Counted from the first letter of the stretch, positions 46,968-56,688 are shown. The stretch: DNA of 64,000 nucleotides from Candidatus Binatia bacterium (GCA_963664395.2 OY761159.2:4512001-4576000); one strand, 5' to 3'. Translations and numbers: made by a program. The notes: a model not told the origin generated them from the letters alone.

Positions 46968-48305
46968 ATGACAACAGTGCAAGACGTGGCAACAATTGTC
47001 CAGGACAACGGCATCGAGTTCTTTCTGTGCTCCTTTGTGGAGATGAGCGGAGCGCCCAAGGCCAAGGTCGTGCCGGCCGTCCATCTCCGGGACATGGCCG
47101 CAGGCAGCGCTGGCTTTGCCGGGTTTGCCGCCGGCAATATGGGCCAGGGCCCGCACGACACCGACATGCTGGCCATGCCGGATTTCAGTAGCCTGGCCAT
47201 CCTCCCCTGGCGTCCCAACGTGGCCTGGGTCGCCAGTGACATCACCGTCGATGACCAGCCCTGGCCCTACTGTCCGCGTACGATTTTACAGCGTCAATTG
47301 GCCACGGCACGAGAGAAAGGCTATGCCCTCAGAACCGGGGTCGAGCCGGAGTTCATTCTGACCCGGCAAAATGAGACTGGCGGTTTTGAACCGCTTGATC
47401 CGCTGGATACGCTCAGCAAACCCTGTTACGACCTGCGCGCCCTGAACCGCAATCTGGATTTCACCACCACGCTGCTGAGCTATATGCAGGGGCTGGGCTG
47501 GGACCCGTACGCCAACGATCACGAGGACGCCAACTGTCAGTTTGAGATCAACTGGACCTTTTCCGACTGCCTGACCACCGCGGACCGGCACACCTTCTTT
47601 CGCTGGATGGTGCGCACAGTGGCCGAGGAACGGGGCAGCATCGCCACCTTCATGCCCAAGCCCTTTTCGCACCTGACCGGCAACGGCTGCCATTTTCACA
47701 CCAGCCTGTGGGACGCGGAGAGCGACGTCAACCTGTTTCTCGACGAGTCGGACGAAAACGGTCTATCCGAGTTGGCCTATCACTTCATCGGCGGCCTCAA
47801 GCACCACGCTCGGGCGATCGCCGCGGTGACGGCACCGATCGTGAATTCCTATAAACGCCTGATTCGCGGCGCTCCTCTCTCCGGGGCAACCTGGGCCCCG
47901 GTCTACGTGACCTATGGGGCTTCAAACCGCACCCAGATGATTCGGATTCCCGGTCCGGGCCGGATAGAAAATCGGACGGTGGACGGCGCGGCCAACCCCT
48001 ATTTAGCCCCGACCGTCATGCTGGCCGCCGGGCTCGACGGCATTGAGCACAAGATGGCAGCCGGGAGTCGCAACGACCGCAATTTGTACGAGGTCCCGGA
48101 AGTAGAGTTGAAAGCCGCAGGCATAGGCTTTCTGCCAACCACCTTAAGCGAAGCGCTTGATGAGCTTGAGCAGGACGAGGTCATCAAAGCGGCTCTCGGA
48201 CGCGAGTATGCCGAGTATTATATCCAGGTGAAGCGCGACGAGTGGAAGAGTTATCACGATTCCGTCTCGCAGTGGGAAGTGGAGAATTATCTGGGGTTGT
48301 ACTGA
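46968..48305 (+). CDS. gmaS: Type III glutamate-ammonia ligase/gamma-glutamylmethylamide synthetase (GlnT/GmaS)
   Basis: G.PKAK.VP, AGFAGFA, YANDHEDAN.QFE.NW, ATFMPKPF..LTGNG.H, SGATWAP, NRTQMIR.P; AAGGAGG RBS before ATG 46968. Confidence 0.9.
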   Translation: MTTVQDVATIVQDNGIEFFLCSFVEMSGAPKAKVVPAVHLRDMAAGSAGFAGFAAGNMGQGPHDTDMLAMPDFSSLAILPWRPNVAWVASDITVDDQPWPYCPRTILQRQLATAREKGYALRTGVEPEFILTRQNETGGFEPLDPLDTLSKPCYDLRALNRNLDFTTTLLSYMQGLGWDPYANDHEDANCQFEINWTFSDCLTTADRHTFFRWMVRTVAEERGSIATFMPKPFSHLTGNGCHFHTSLWDAESDVNLFLDESDENGLSELAYHFIGGLKHHARAIAAVTAPIVNSYKRLIRGAPLSGATWAPVYVTYGASNRTQMIRIPGPGRIENRTVDGAANPYLAPTVMLAAGLDGIEHKMAAGSRNDRNLYEVPEVELKAAGIGFLPTTLSEALDELEQDEVIKAALGREYAEYYIQVKRDEWKSYHDSVSQWEVENYLGLY

Positions 48306-48389
48306 GTCTACGCCGAGGACAGCCGCCGAGAGACCGGGGAATGGCCTCCCTGGTTACGGTGAATAGGCAAGACTGCACTTCTACTTGCA

Positions 48390-48441
48390 GTGACGTAGCA
48401 GATGCCCGGCACTCTGGACCAGCGAGCATCTGCTACGTCAC
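48390..48441. terminator. Long inverted repeat downstream of gmaS (terminator or REP-like)
   Basis: GTGACGTAGCAGATGC...GCATCTGCTACGTCAC, a perfect 16-bp stem. Confidence 0.6.
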
Positions 48442-48498
48442 CTGTTCTTCATCTTCGTTGTGAATAGTTCTCCAGCATATGACCACAGGAAGGAAGTC

Positions 48499-49479
48499 AT
48501 GCCATCGACTGTCATGTTCATTGGGGTTCTGTTGTTGCTTACAACCCAGGGCTGGGCTACCACATTAGAAAATCCTGCTTCAGGAGCCATCAAGAGTGGA
48601 GTTGGCCTCTTGTCCGGTTGGGTCTGTGAGGCTGATGAGTTGGCAGTGAGTTTTGATGGGGGCGCTCGTCAATTTGTGCCCTACGGATCAGAGCGAGCCG
48701 ACACCCGTTCTGTCTGTGGCGATACGAATAACGGCTTTGGTCTTCTCATTAACTACAATAATCTAGGTGATGGTCCCCATACCGCTACCCTCTATGCTGA
48801 TGGGATAGTTGCTACGCAGGTCCGTTTCACAGTCAAGACGCTCGGCACCGATTTTCTGCGGGGCGCATCGGGTCGGTTTCGTCTCACGGATTTTCCTGAC
48901 GCTGGCAGTTCCGTGGTGATTCTATGGGAAGAAGCTACACAAGGATTTGCGATTATAGACTATACGGAAGGGAGCGAACCACCGGAACCGCCAGCAACCA
49001 GTGGTGTTAGGCAATTCCTTGGGACGTGGCGCTTCACCAATAGTCGCACGACACAGACCTATCGGTTCGGAGAGTGTCCGGCAAATACCGTGGCAAAACC
49101 ATGCGTTGCAGATGTGACACAAAGAACATATTTATGGCCGACATACCTTTTTGAGGGGTTAGATTCTCTTGGGCATAGCTATTATCTCGCTGATGTCGAA
49201 CGCAGTGTGTGCCGGGTATGGCTCTTCTATGAACCAAACGGCAACCGTGTGAACGGTCATTACGGGGATGCGTCTGGGGATTGTCTTTCCCGCTCAACGA
49301 TTGTCTCAATAGTCGAAGATTTAGCGGATAGGCGATATCCCACCACCGGCACCCGTGTCAGTCAATCTGCTGCGAGCCCGACGACCGCAAAAGAAGCGCT
49401 GGAACCCCCTATTCCACCAGAAGCGCAAGAAGCTCTCGAACAGGCCATTGAGGATTCGCTGTTCTTACTAATGGAATAG
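48499..49479 (+). CDS. Secreted hypothetical protein: N-terminal LENP..SG.G.LSGWVC domain plus a Cys-rich variable C-terminal region
   Basis: Signal peptide ending QGWA; domain aligns by eye with both C-terminal repeats of the 61116 protein. Confidence 0.75.
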   Translation: MPSTVMFIGVLLLLTTQGWATTLENPASGAIKSGVGLLSGWVCEADELAVSFDGGARQFVPYGSERADTRSVCGDTNNGFGLLINYNNLGDGPHTATLYADGIVATQVRFTVKTLGTDFLRGASGRFRLTDFPDAGSSVVILWEEATQGFAIIDYTEGSEPPEPPATSGVRQFLGTWRFTNSRTTQTYRFGECPANTVAKPCVADVTQRTYLWPTYLFEGLDSLGHSYYLADVERSVCRVWLFYEPNGNRVNGHYGDASGDCLSRSTIVSIVEDLADRRYPTTGTRVSQSAASPTTAKEALEPPIPPEAQEALEQAIEDSLFLLME

Positions 49480-49539
49480 GATTGAATAATCCTGAAAAAT
49501 ACGATGGTTAGAAGCGGCTGGGTAACATTGTATATAATT

Positions 49540-49598
49540 CCCTCCTCGGAGGGGGGCCGCTGAGCGCCTGTCCTGAGCTTGTCGAAGGGGCGGGGTTG
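49540..49598. repeat. REP/RPE-like element (CCTGAGCTTGTCGAAGG type)
   Basis: ccctcctcggagggggg...cctgtcctgagcttgtcgaaggggcggggttgg between convergent genes. Confidence 0.55.
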
Positions 49599-49662
49599 GT
49601 TCTTCCTCCTGAAGATGTGAAGCTAAGCCACTGCTCTAAGGCGCGACAGATTGACTCGCGCC

Positions 49663-50997
49663 TCACCCCGCATTTCGCCACCCGCCCCACAGCAAGGCGG
49701 CGAAGCCAGCAAGGACGGTCACCGCGACAAAACTCCACGCATACCCTTGGGCAATCAGCAGCGGCGCGAACGACACCAAGCCGACTTCCAGCGGCGCTAC
49801 GAACAGATAGGCGCGGGCGAACGGGTCCAGAATCTCCGACTCGTCGCGCGGATCGACCACGCGCAGCAGCGCCAGGGCGAGGGCCATCACGCCGGTCACC
49901 CAGCCCCAAGTGAACAGCGCCTTTTCAAACCAGAGGTCACGGAAGATGCGCGGGCCACCGACATAGAACACCGCCCAGCACAGCGCCAGACCAAAGACAA
50001 ACAGCGCCAGCAGCGGTAACGCGTGGCGGGCCACGACCTCAAGACTGACCGCGGCGATGCCGCACACGACCAGCACATCGGTGAGCGCGCCGCTCAGCCG
50101 TAGCATGATCGTGCGGTCAACCGTGTCTGCGAACCGCAGGCGGGTGCACAGCCATCTGAGACCAAAGCCGCACACGAACGCCAGACAGAAGCTCGGCGGA
50201 CGGTAAGCCCCCAGATACACGCTACCCAAACCGGTCAGCAGGTAACCGCCAAAAGCCGCCGTGACAACGAGCGCGACATGGAAAATCAACGGGTCGAGCG
50301 CCAGGGGCGAGAGGGTTTCGTAGCCGAGCGGACGGCGCCGGGTGTCGGGCACGCGACCGGTACGAAACTCGTCGGGCAGGTCGTCAAAGCGGGCCAGAAA
50401 CCGGGTCGTGCCGTTTCGAGCCGCCCACTGTACCCACAGCATACCGCCGACCACCGCGCTCAGAATGCCGACGGTGGCCGAGGTCATGGCTAAGGCACCG
50501 GCCTCGGACCAGCTTTGCTCACCCAGGCCGTTAAAGGCCGCGCCCAGCGCCGCAGCCGTGCCGTGTCCGCCCACAAACCCGCTGGCGAGTATGGTTCCGA
50601 AGCCGCGCGGTAAATCCGGCCAGACGAAGGACAGCACGGTCAGGCTGAACAGGACGCCCAGCCCCCATTGGAGCAGGACGATGGCGGCCGAATACGACCC
50701 AAGCTCGGCAGCCCGCCGTGACCCGGTCTCCCCGCTGACAGACCGGGAGGTGAACGGCAAAGCGGCAAACACCAGCGTGATCAAGACGCTGGGGTATTGC
50801 GGCAACAGGGGCGAAAACGGCAGTATATCGAGCCCATTTGGTCCACACGCCAAGCCGCCGAACCCGGCAATCACGCTGGCCGGAAGAAACAGCCGCTGCG
50901 CCCACACGGACGCAGTCCGAATTGCGAATCCGATTAAGAGCAGGACCGAGACACAGCCCAGGTCAATAAATACGCTCCAGGCGTCAATAGCTGGCAT
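49663..50997 (-). CDS. gltS: Sodium/glutamate symporter (ESS family)
   Basis: LFLPASVIAG, GFVGGHGTAAA, MTSATVG, WGW.TG.....LALLRVVDP; start trimmed to MPAIDAW. Confidence 0.82.
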   Translation of the reverse strand: MPAIDAWSVFIDLGCVSVLLLIGFAIRTASVWAQRLFLPASVIAGFGGLACGPNGLDILPFSPLLPQYPSVLITLVFAALPFTSRSVSGETGSRRAAELGSYSAAIVLLQWGLGVLFSLTVLSFVWPDLPRGFGTILASGFVGGHGTAAALGAAFNGLGEQSWSEAGALAMTSATVGILSAVVGGMLWVQWAARNGTTRFLARFDDLPDEFRTGRVPDTRRRPLGYETLSPLALDPLIFHVALVVTAAFGGYLLTGLGSVYLGAYRPPSFCLAFVCGFGLRWLCTRLRFADTVDRTIMLRLSGALTDVLVVCGIAAVSLEVVARHALPLLALFVFGLALCWAVFYVGGPRIFRDLWFEKALFTWGWVTGVMALALALLRVVDPRDESEILDPFARAYLFVAPLEVGLVSFAPLLIAQGYAWSFVAVTVLAGFAALLWGGWRNAG

Positions 50998-51093
50998 AGG
51001 TATTTTTGCTGCTGCCTTCTGGCGCTTGGCTCTCGCCCCACCACCACGTAGTATCACGGCCCGAAGGCCGCTCACACGGCGTGCAATACGGAT

Positions 51094-52254
51094 ATGCAGC
51101 ACCTCATCTTTATCCCAGGTTTTTACGGAACGCGACTCGTCCAAACAGGTGATCGGAAAATCGTCTGGCTCTCGGCCTGGCAGGCTCTGTTCGGTTCAAA
51201 GACAGCAGCACGCACCGGCTTTGGAGTGGCTGGGGAAAGAGCACTGGTTCCCGGCACAGTGCTGGACCGTATTCCCGTCATACCCGGTATCTATGCCAGG
51301 GATGTGTACGGCGCATTTCTCAGCGAACTCCGGGCCAGACCAGTGACACGCGGGTCGTCCACCCGCATCCACCTTTTCGCCTACGATTGGCGCGAGGACT
51401 ATTTTACGGCGGTGAAACAACTGGCCCGGCTGGTCTCCGAGCTGAAGCACCAGGGCGCTGCGTCAATTGCCATTATCGCCCATAGCTTGGGCGGGCTCAT
51501 CACCAGCTATTATTTGCGCTATGGACCCCAGGCTCCCGAAGAAGCCGTCGAAACCTGGGAAGGAGCAAGCCATATAGACAAGGTTGTTCTCGCTGCCGTT
51601 CCGTTCAAAGGTTCCATGACCGCGTTACATGATATGAAACACGGGGCAACATTCGGCCTCAACACCACGCTGATTAAGGCGCATGCTTTTGCCACTTTCA
51701 CAGCGGCCTATGAGATGATGCCCACGTACGCGCCGGTTCTGCTCGATGGAGGGCTCAATCCTCTCCCCCATACTCTGTATGAAAGCGACCTGTGGCAACG
51801 CTATGGCTGGGGCTTCTTGGATACGGCAACGCCGGTGTCGGAACAGACTATGCAAAAAAGATTCGCCTTGGTGACAGCGGCGTTACACACAGGCAGGAAA
51901 CTGTATGAACGACTTCACGCTCCGCTGGAGCACTCGCCTCACCTGTCAACGCAGATGCTGTACGCATTTGCCACGTCGCATCCGACGCTTGCACGGGCGG
52001 TGCTGCTCGACGCCGAGCCTGCTCCGACCTTGCTTTTCCGCAGGGACGAATTTGCCAAGCACCTTCCACAACAGCCGTACCGAGCCCTGTTTGAAGATGG
52101 GGATGAGACGGTCAGTGTTCAGTCGGCCCAATTACCCGTGGCATTTAAGCACGCCCTGGTAAAAGTGACTGAACGTCACAGTCAGGCTGTGCATTCTCAG
52201 ATATTGAACGACCGTGCAATCAGGGACAGCATCTTCGCATTTTTAGATGCCTAA
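51094..52254 (+). CDS. Alpha/beta-hydrolase, lipase/LCAT-like acyltransferase
   Basis: IFIPGFYGT.L, FAYDWR, IAHSLGG nucleophile elbow, PFKGS, DGDETV, late His. Confidence 0.82.
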   Translation: MQHLIFIPGFYGTRLVQTGDRKIVWLSAWQALFGSKTAARTGFGVAGERALVPGTVLDRIPVIPGIYARDVYGAFLSELRARPVTRGSSTRIHLFAYDWREDYFTAVKQLARLVSELKHQGAASIAIIAHSLGGLITSYYLRYGPQAPEEAVETWEGASHIDKVVLAAVPFKGSMTALHDMKHGATFGLNTTLIKAHAFATFTAAYEMMPTYAPVLLDGGLNPLPHTLYESDLWQRYGWGFLDTATPVSEQTMQKRFALVTAALHTGRKLYERLHAPLEHSPHLSTQMLYAFATSHPTLARAVLLDAEPAPTLLFRRDEFAKHLPQQPYRALFEDGDETVSVQSAQLPVAFKHALVKVTERHSQAVHSQILNDRAIRDSIFAFLDA

Positions 52255-53960
52255 AAACGTTCCCCGTGAACGACCTTCCCGCCTACTATGGTGAGCTCCA
52301 CCTGGATATCTCGAATGGCATCGCGTTTACCGGTGAGTGGATTTTCGGAAAGCACCACGCAGTCGGCAAGTTTGCCAACCTCTATGGAGCCGAGCTCATG
52401 TTCCATCCACAAGGCATACGCTCCGTTATTGGTAAAAATCCTGAGCGCCTCTTCACGTGAGATGCGCTGGGCTGGGCCGATGACTTCGCCGGTTAATCCA
52501 GCTTGCCGAGCAATGGACTGCCAGAGCGTGAACAGTGCCCCGCGCGGCCCCCAGTCCGTACTTTGACTCACCGGCACACCCGCATCGAGCCACCACCGCA
52601 GAGGAATCGCGTCTTTGGCATAGTGAGGCCCGAGGCGATCCTTATAGACTTCTGCCCCTTTGCCCCAGATAAAATTTGTTGCCGTTGTGGGAATGACCCC
52701 AAGCTGCCTACATTGCGCAATCTGCTCCTGAGTGGGAAATTCCACATGTTCAATGACCCAACGTTTGTCATGGATGGGCGTCAGCGCCTGCACTTCGCGC
52801 ATGGCACGCAGCGCTATCTCAATCGAACCTCGACCCGCAGCTTCGGCATGCACGCGCAGGCCGAACTCGGCTGCCAGGCGCAAGATCGCGACATATTTTT
52901 CCCACGGGACCAGAGGTTCCGGGGCGACCGGCTGACCGAATGGCCCGGTATAGGGAGCATCGTTCACCGCAGCCCCGTGCCAGTAGGGGCCATCGAGCCC
53001 GATACTCACCCCAACGACCTTCAGGTGGTCGGTCCCAAAGCCCCGCCCCGCGGCAAAGCTCACCGTCCGCAGATAGTCGGCAATCACTTCAAGCGACTGC
53101 TGCGGGTCAATTTCATAGGTATAGAATATCCGCAGGGGGAGCTCGCCTTGCGCCTGAAGCTGAGCGTAGGCTCGAAGCTCTTCTGGAGAATTTAGATGCG
53201 CCTCCAGCAGGGTTGTTGTGCCACCGGCGAGAAAATCCGGCGCGAGTCTTTTGATGCCCTCACGCACGTGGGCATAGGTTGGCGGCGGAATCAGGTTGGC
53301 CAGTTCCACAAAGAAAGGATTCGGATTGTAAATCGGCTGCAGGGTGCCGCGCAACTCTCCTGTCGGCTCGCCGCTGTCAGGGGCTTTGACAATTTCTATA
53401 TGCTCTGGTTGCGGCGTGTCTTTCGTAATACCGGCTAAATGAAGAGCCTGACTATTCAGCACAGCCGAATTAGGTACCCGATTAGTCGGTGCAGTAATAT
53501 AGACTGGATGATCTGGGGAAACAGGGTCGAGATCCCAGCGATTGGGGAAACGGTTTTCTTGGAGAATGTTCGGAACGTTGAAAAAGTATGGAGGGTCTCC
53601 AACCGGCAGGGTCACAATCCATTGGCCGGGGGGTGTCTCCCTGGCCCGGCTGGCTATACGTTGCTGTATCTCAGCAATCGACCGAGTGCCGGCCAGGGAA
53701 ACAGCCAGGGTCTCCAAGCCAAATAAGCCGATATGCCCATGGGTATCAATAAAGCCGGGGACCACGGTTCTCCCCGCCAAATCGAGGACTCTTGTGTCAG
53801 GACCGATCAGCTTCTTCACCTCGGCGTTCTTGCCAACAGCCATAAACCTGCCCCCAGACACGGCAACTGCCTTGGCTCGGCTGAATGCCTTGTCAACAGT
53901 CAAAATGGTTCCGTTAAGCAGTACTGTATCTGCAGAGGCTCGTCGTTGACGAATTGCCAT
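52251..53960 (-). CDS. Amidohydrolase 3 family (YtcJ-like) protein
   Basis: DLAGRTVVPGFIDTHGH, GEPTG.L, IEHVE, STDW, GSIEVGKLAD.VVL. Confidence 0.88.
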   Translation of the reverse strand: MAIRQRRASADTVLLNGTILTVDKAFSRAKAVAVSGGRFMAVGKNAEVKKLIGPDTRVLDLAGRTVVPGFIDTHGHIGLFGLETLAVSLAGTRSIAEIQQRIASRARETPPGQWIVTLPVGDPPYFFNVPNILQENRFPNRWDLDPVSPDHPVYITAPTNRVPNSAVLNSQALHLAGITKDTPQPEHIEIVKAPDSGEPTGELRGTLQPIYNPNPFFVELANLIPPPTYAHVREGIKRLAPDFLAGGTTTLLEAHLNSPEELRAYAQLQAQGELPLRIFYTYEIDPQQSLEVIADYLRTVSFAAGRGFGTDHLKVVGVSIGLDGPYWHGAAVNDAPYTGPFGQPVAPEPLVPWEKYVAILRLAAEFGLRVHAEAAGRGSIEIALRAMREVQALTPIHDKRWVIEHVEFPTQEQIAQCRQLGVIPTTATNFIWGKGAEVYKDRLGPHYAKDAIPLRWWLDAGVPVSQSTDWGPRGALFTLWQSIARQAGLTGEVIGPAQRISREEALRIFTNNGAYALWMEHELGSIEVGKLADCVVLSENPLTGKRDAIRDIQVELTIVGGKVVHGERF

Positions 53961-54024
53961 GCCTAGTCTCCTTTCACTCGTCCCCATGAAACAGTGCACT
54001 AAAAGGCAGCTTCACCTCACCACC

Positions 54025-54765
54025 TTACCCGAGCGCCCCAAACGCCATCGCTTTCCAGTTGTCAAACAGGCGGCGAGCGGATTGGTTCAAGAGGGTGAGG
54101 TGGCGCTTGGTCTCGGCTTCAAACCGAGCCAGCGCATCCGGGCCGAGTGTTTTTTCCAGCGCGGCGCGATAGGTGGGCACGCTGGCCCATTCGGCAATCG
54201 TCACTGGAGATATTTCTGTGTGATACTGGGTGCTCAGGGCTTTCTCGCCAAACGACAGGCCCTGGATGGCACACGCGGCATTCGTAGCCAAGACGGACGC
54301 GCCTTTGGGGGGCTGCTGCACTTCGGCACCGTGCCACTGGAGGCATTTCATTGTGCCGGGCAGACCCAGCAGAAACGGGCTCTTTTCACCGGCGGCGGTT
54401 TTCTCGACTTCATATATCCCAACCTCCGGCTCAGCGGCCGGCCCGACTGTGCCGCCGAGCGCATCTGCCAGCAGTTGGTGGCCGAGGCAGACCCCTAGAA
54501 AGGGCATCTGCCGGTCTACGACGGCCTCGCGGATGGCCGCTTTCTCCGCCTTCAGCCAGGGATATTGCGCCTCTTCCCAGACATCCATGGGTCCCCCCAT
54601 CGCCCACAGCCCGTCGTAGTCGCTCAAGTCGGGGATGGGCTCGCCCCGGTCGAGTTCAACCGCCTGCCATTCGATACCATCTTCCTGCATGAAATCTCGG
54701 AACACGCCGGGATGTTCGACGCTGAGATGTTGAAATACGAGTAGTCGTGGAGTCTTCCGATTCAT
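54025..54765 (-). CDS. Class I glutamine amidotransferase (GMP synthase-like, stand-alone)
   Basis: GGPMDV, GVCLGHQLLA (catalytic Cys), QWHG, QYHTE. Confidence 0.9.
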   Translation of the reverse strand: MNRKTPRLLVFQHLSVEHPGVFRDFMQEDGIEWQAVELDRGEPIPDLSDYDGLWAMGGPMDVWEEAQYPWLKAEKAAIREAVVDRQMPFLGVCLGHQLLADALGGTVGPAAEPEVGIYEVEKTAAGEKSPFLLGLPGTMKCLQWHGAEVQQPPKGASVLATNAACAIQGLSFGEKALSTQYHTEISPVTIAEWASVPTYRAALEKTLGPDALARFEAETKRHLTLLNQSARRLFDNWKAMAFGALG

Positions 54766-54781
54766 GACCGCCCCTCCAAAG

Positions 54782-55684
54782 TCAGACACTATCAGGCTGC
54801 TCTAAATGACACGTTCGATCACCATCACCCCGCTCTATCTGTAGAGTGGCATGGCCGATGCCAAAACGATCGTGCAGCGAAGCAGCCACAGTATTCAAGA
54901 AGCTATCGTCAACCCTGACTTCCGGGACGATCAGATGGGCGGTCAAGGCAACTTCCGTGGTGCTCATGCCCCAAATGTGCAGATCGTGCACCCGTGCCAC
55001 ATTGGGTAACCGGGCCAGAAAGGTCTCGACAGCAAGAGGGTCAATGTTATTAGGCACGGAATCCAGCGCCAGACTGACCGAGTCGCGCAGCAGAGCCCAC
55101 GTTCCGATAAGAATAAGGCCAACAATAATGAGACTCATGCTAGGGTCGAGCCACATCCAGCCCGTGTTCAGAATGACGAATCCGGACACAACCACTCCGA
55201 GTGATACGGCAGCGTCCGCGGCCATGTGGAGATAGGCCGCACGAATATTCAGATCGTCCTTGCGACCGGACAGAAACATCAAGGCGGTTGCGGTATTGAT
55301 GACGACACCGATTCCGGCAACCACGACAACGGTCCACCCGTCAACCGGCAGAGGAGAACGAAAACGCTCTGCGGCTTCCCAGGCAATCAGTCCCAAGACA
55401 ATCAACAACATGACTGCACTGACCAAAGAAGCCAGGATGGTTGCACGCCGGTATCCGTAGCTGTAGCGCGGGGTTGGTTTTCGAGCCGCCAAGACACTGG
55501 CTCCCCAGGCGAGGAAGAGACTGAACACATCGCTCAGATTGTGTCCGGCGTCGGCAACCAGCACCAACGAGTCCGTCAAGATGCCATAGGTTGCTTCAAC
55601 TCCCACAAAGACCAGGTTCAGAACCACACCAGTGGCAAAGGCACGATTGAAATTGGACTCCGTCCGGCCGTGGCTGTGTGACAT
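54782..55684 (-). CDS. Cation diffusion facilitator (CzcD/ZitB-like Zn/Co/Cd efflux)
   Basis: L.ADAGHNLSD, YGY.R..ILA, NIRAAYLHMAAD, VHDLHIW, H.TLQ.E. Confidence 0.92.
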   Translation of the reverse strand: MSHSHGRTESNFNRAFATGVVLNLVFVGVEATYGILTDSLVLVADAGHNLSDVFSLFLAWGASVLAARKPTPRYSYGYRRATILASLVSAVMLLIVLGLIAWEAAERFRSPLPVDGWTVVVVAGIGVVINTATALMFLSGRKDDLNIRAAYLHMAADAAVSLGVVVSGFVILNTGWMWLDPSMSLIIVGLILIGTWALLRDSVSLALDSVPNNIDPLAVETFLARLPNVARVHDLHIWGMSTTEVALTAHLIVPEVRVDDSFLNTVAASLHDRFGIGHATLQIERGDGDRTCHLEQPDSV

Positions 55685-55704
55685 GACCTCTTTTTTCTGC
55701 CCTA

Positions 55705-55735
55705 TTGACTTCAAGTTTGCTTGAATCTGTAGCAT
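55705..55735 (+). promoter_or_regulatory. MerR-family (SoxR-box-like) promoter with a 19-bp spacer
   Basis: TTGACT-[TCAAGTTTGCTTGAATCTG, 19 bp]-TAGCAT with dyad TTCAAG-N4-CTTGAA. Confidence 0.7.
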
Positions 55736-55898
55736 AGCTCACAGCACCAATGAAGGAGGCAGCTGTTACGCACGAGAGCACCGTTCACCATTTTTTATTT
55801 TACTCTGTGCCAGTACTGGCGATATTCTCCCTCTCGATCCTCATGAGAAAAAGGACTACGATCCGTTCGGTAGTCGCCCTAATCGAGAGGAGAAAGAC

Positions 55899-56669
55899 AT
55901 GACGTTCGCCGTAATCGGGAAATGCCCGGAAACAGGAGCAATTGGAGCTGGACTTGCAACCTTTTCAGTGAATGCCGGCAGAGTGAGTCCGGTCGTAAAC
56001 GGCCTGCTTCCGACCTTCCAAGAGAGCGGGGCCATTGTACTCCCCCATTCGTATGCGAATCGTCACTTAGCGTATGATACGTTTCGGCTACTAGAGCAGG
56101 GACACGGCTTGGAACAACTCAAAGAAGAGCTGCCGAAGACAGATACGTATTTCAGCTATCGCCAGTATAGCGTTATCACTATTAAAGGCGACATCTGGGT
56201 GCATACCGGCGACAAGGCGTTTGAGCCATACGCCGGCCATATCATGGGAGATCATTGGGCAGTGTCCGGGAATGCGCTGACCAGCAGTAAAACCGTTGAG
56301 GGCATGGCTACTTCAATGCGAGAGAGTATGGGAGTGCCCTTGGGAGATCGGATTATCCGTGCGCTTGAAGCAGGTCGGGATGCCGGTGGACAAGGCGATG
56401 CCATAACAGGCAAGCACTGGGGCGAGCTGTCATGTGCTGTTTTTGTTGCAGACGGAAAAAATCCATATCCCAAAGTCGACCTGAGAGTGGACTATCATCC
56501 ACGCGCCGTTGCCCAACTTCGTCGTCTGTACGAGTATTCCCAACCACTTGACCATTACTATGAAGGCATGCAGCAGCATCCGGATACATTTTGGGATTTC
56601 ATCAAGGAGCGCGGTGTTCTGGACATGCCGCATTTTCATGCCGACGAGGTGGATATAGAGCAGGACTAG
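55899..56669 (+). CDS. DUF1028 family (Ntn-hydrolase-like) protein
   Basis: MTF..I..CPETG..G, RQ, HTG, GN.L, ALEAG.DAGG, DLRVD.H...V..LRRL. Confidence 0.82.
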   Translation: MTFAVIGKCPETGAIGAGLATFSVNAGRVSPVVNGLLPTFQESGAIVLPHSYANRHLAYDTFRLLEQGHGLEQLKEELPKTDTYFSYRQYSVITIKGDIWVHTGDKAFEPYAGHIMGDHWAVSGNALTSSKTVEGMATSMRESMGVPLGDRIIRALEAGRDAGGQGDAITGKHWGELSCAVFVADGKNPYPKVDLRVDYHPRAVAQLRRLYEYSQPLDHYYEGMQQHPDTFWDFIKERGVLDMPHFHADEVDIEQD

Positions 56670-56688
56670 AGCGTTTCACACTAGGCTG

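Noticed and set aside
48499-49479. Diversity-generating retroelement linking this gene to the adhesin repeats
   Set aside because: No reverse transcriptase, and the similarity is at protein level rather than a near-identical template/variable repeat pair differing at adenines.
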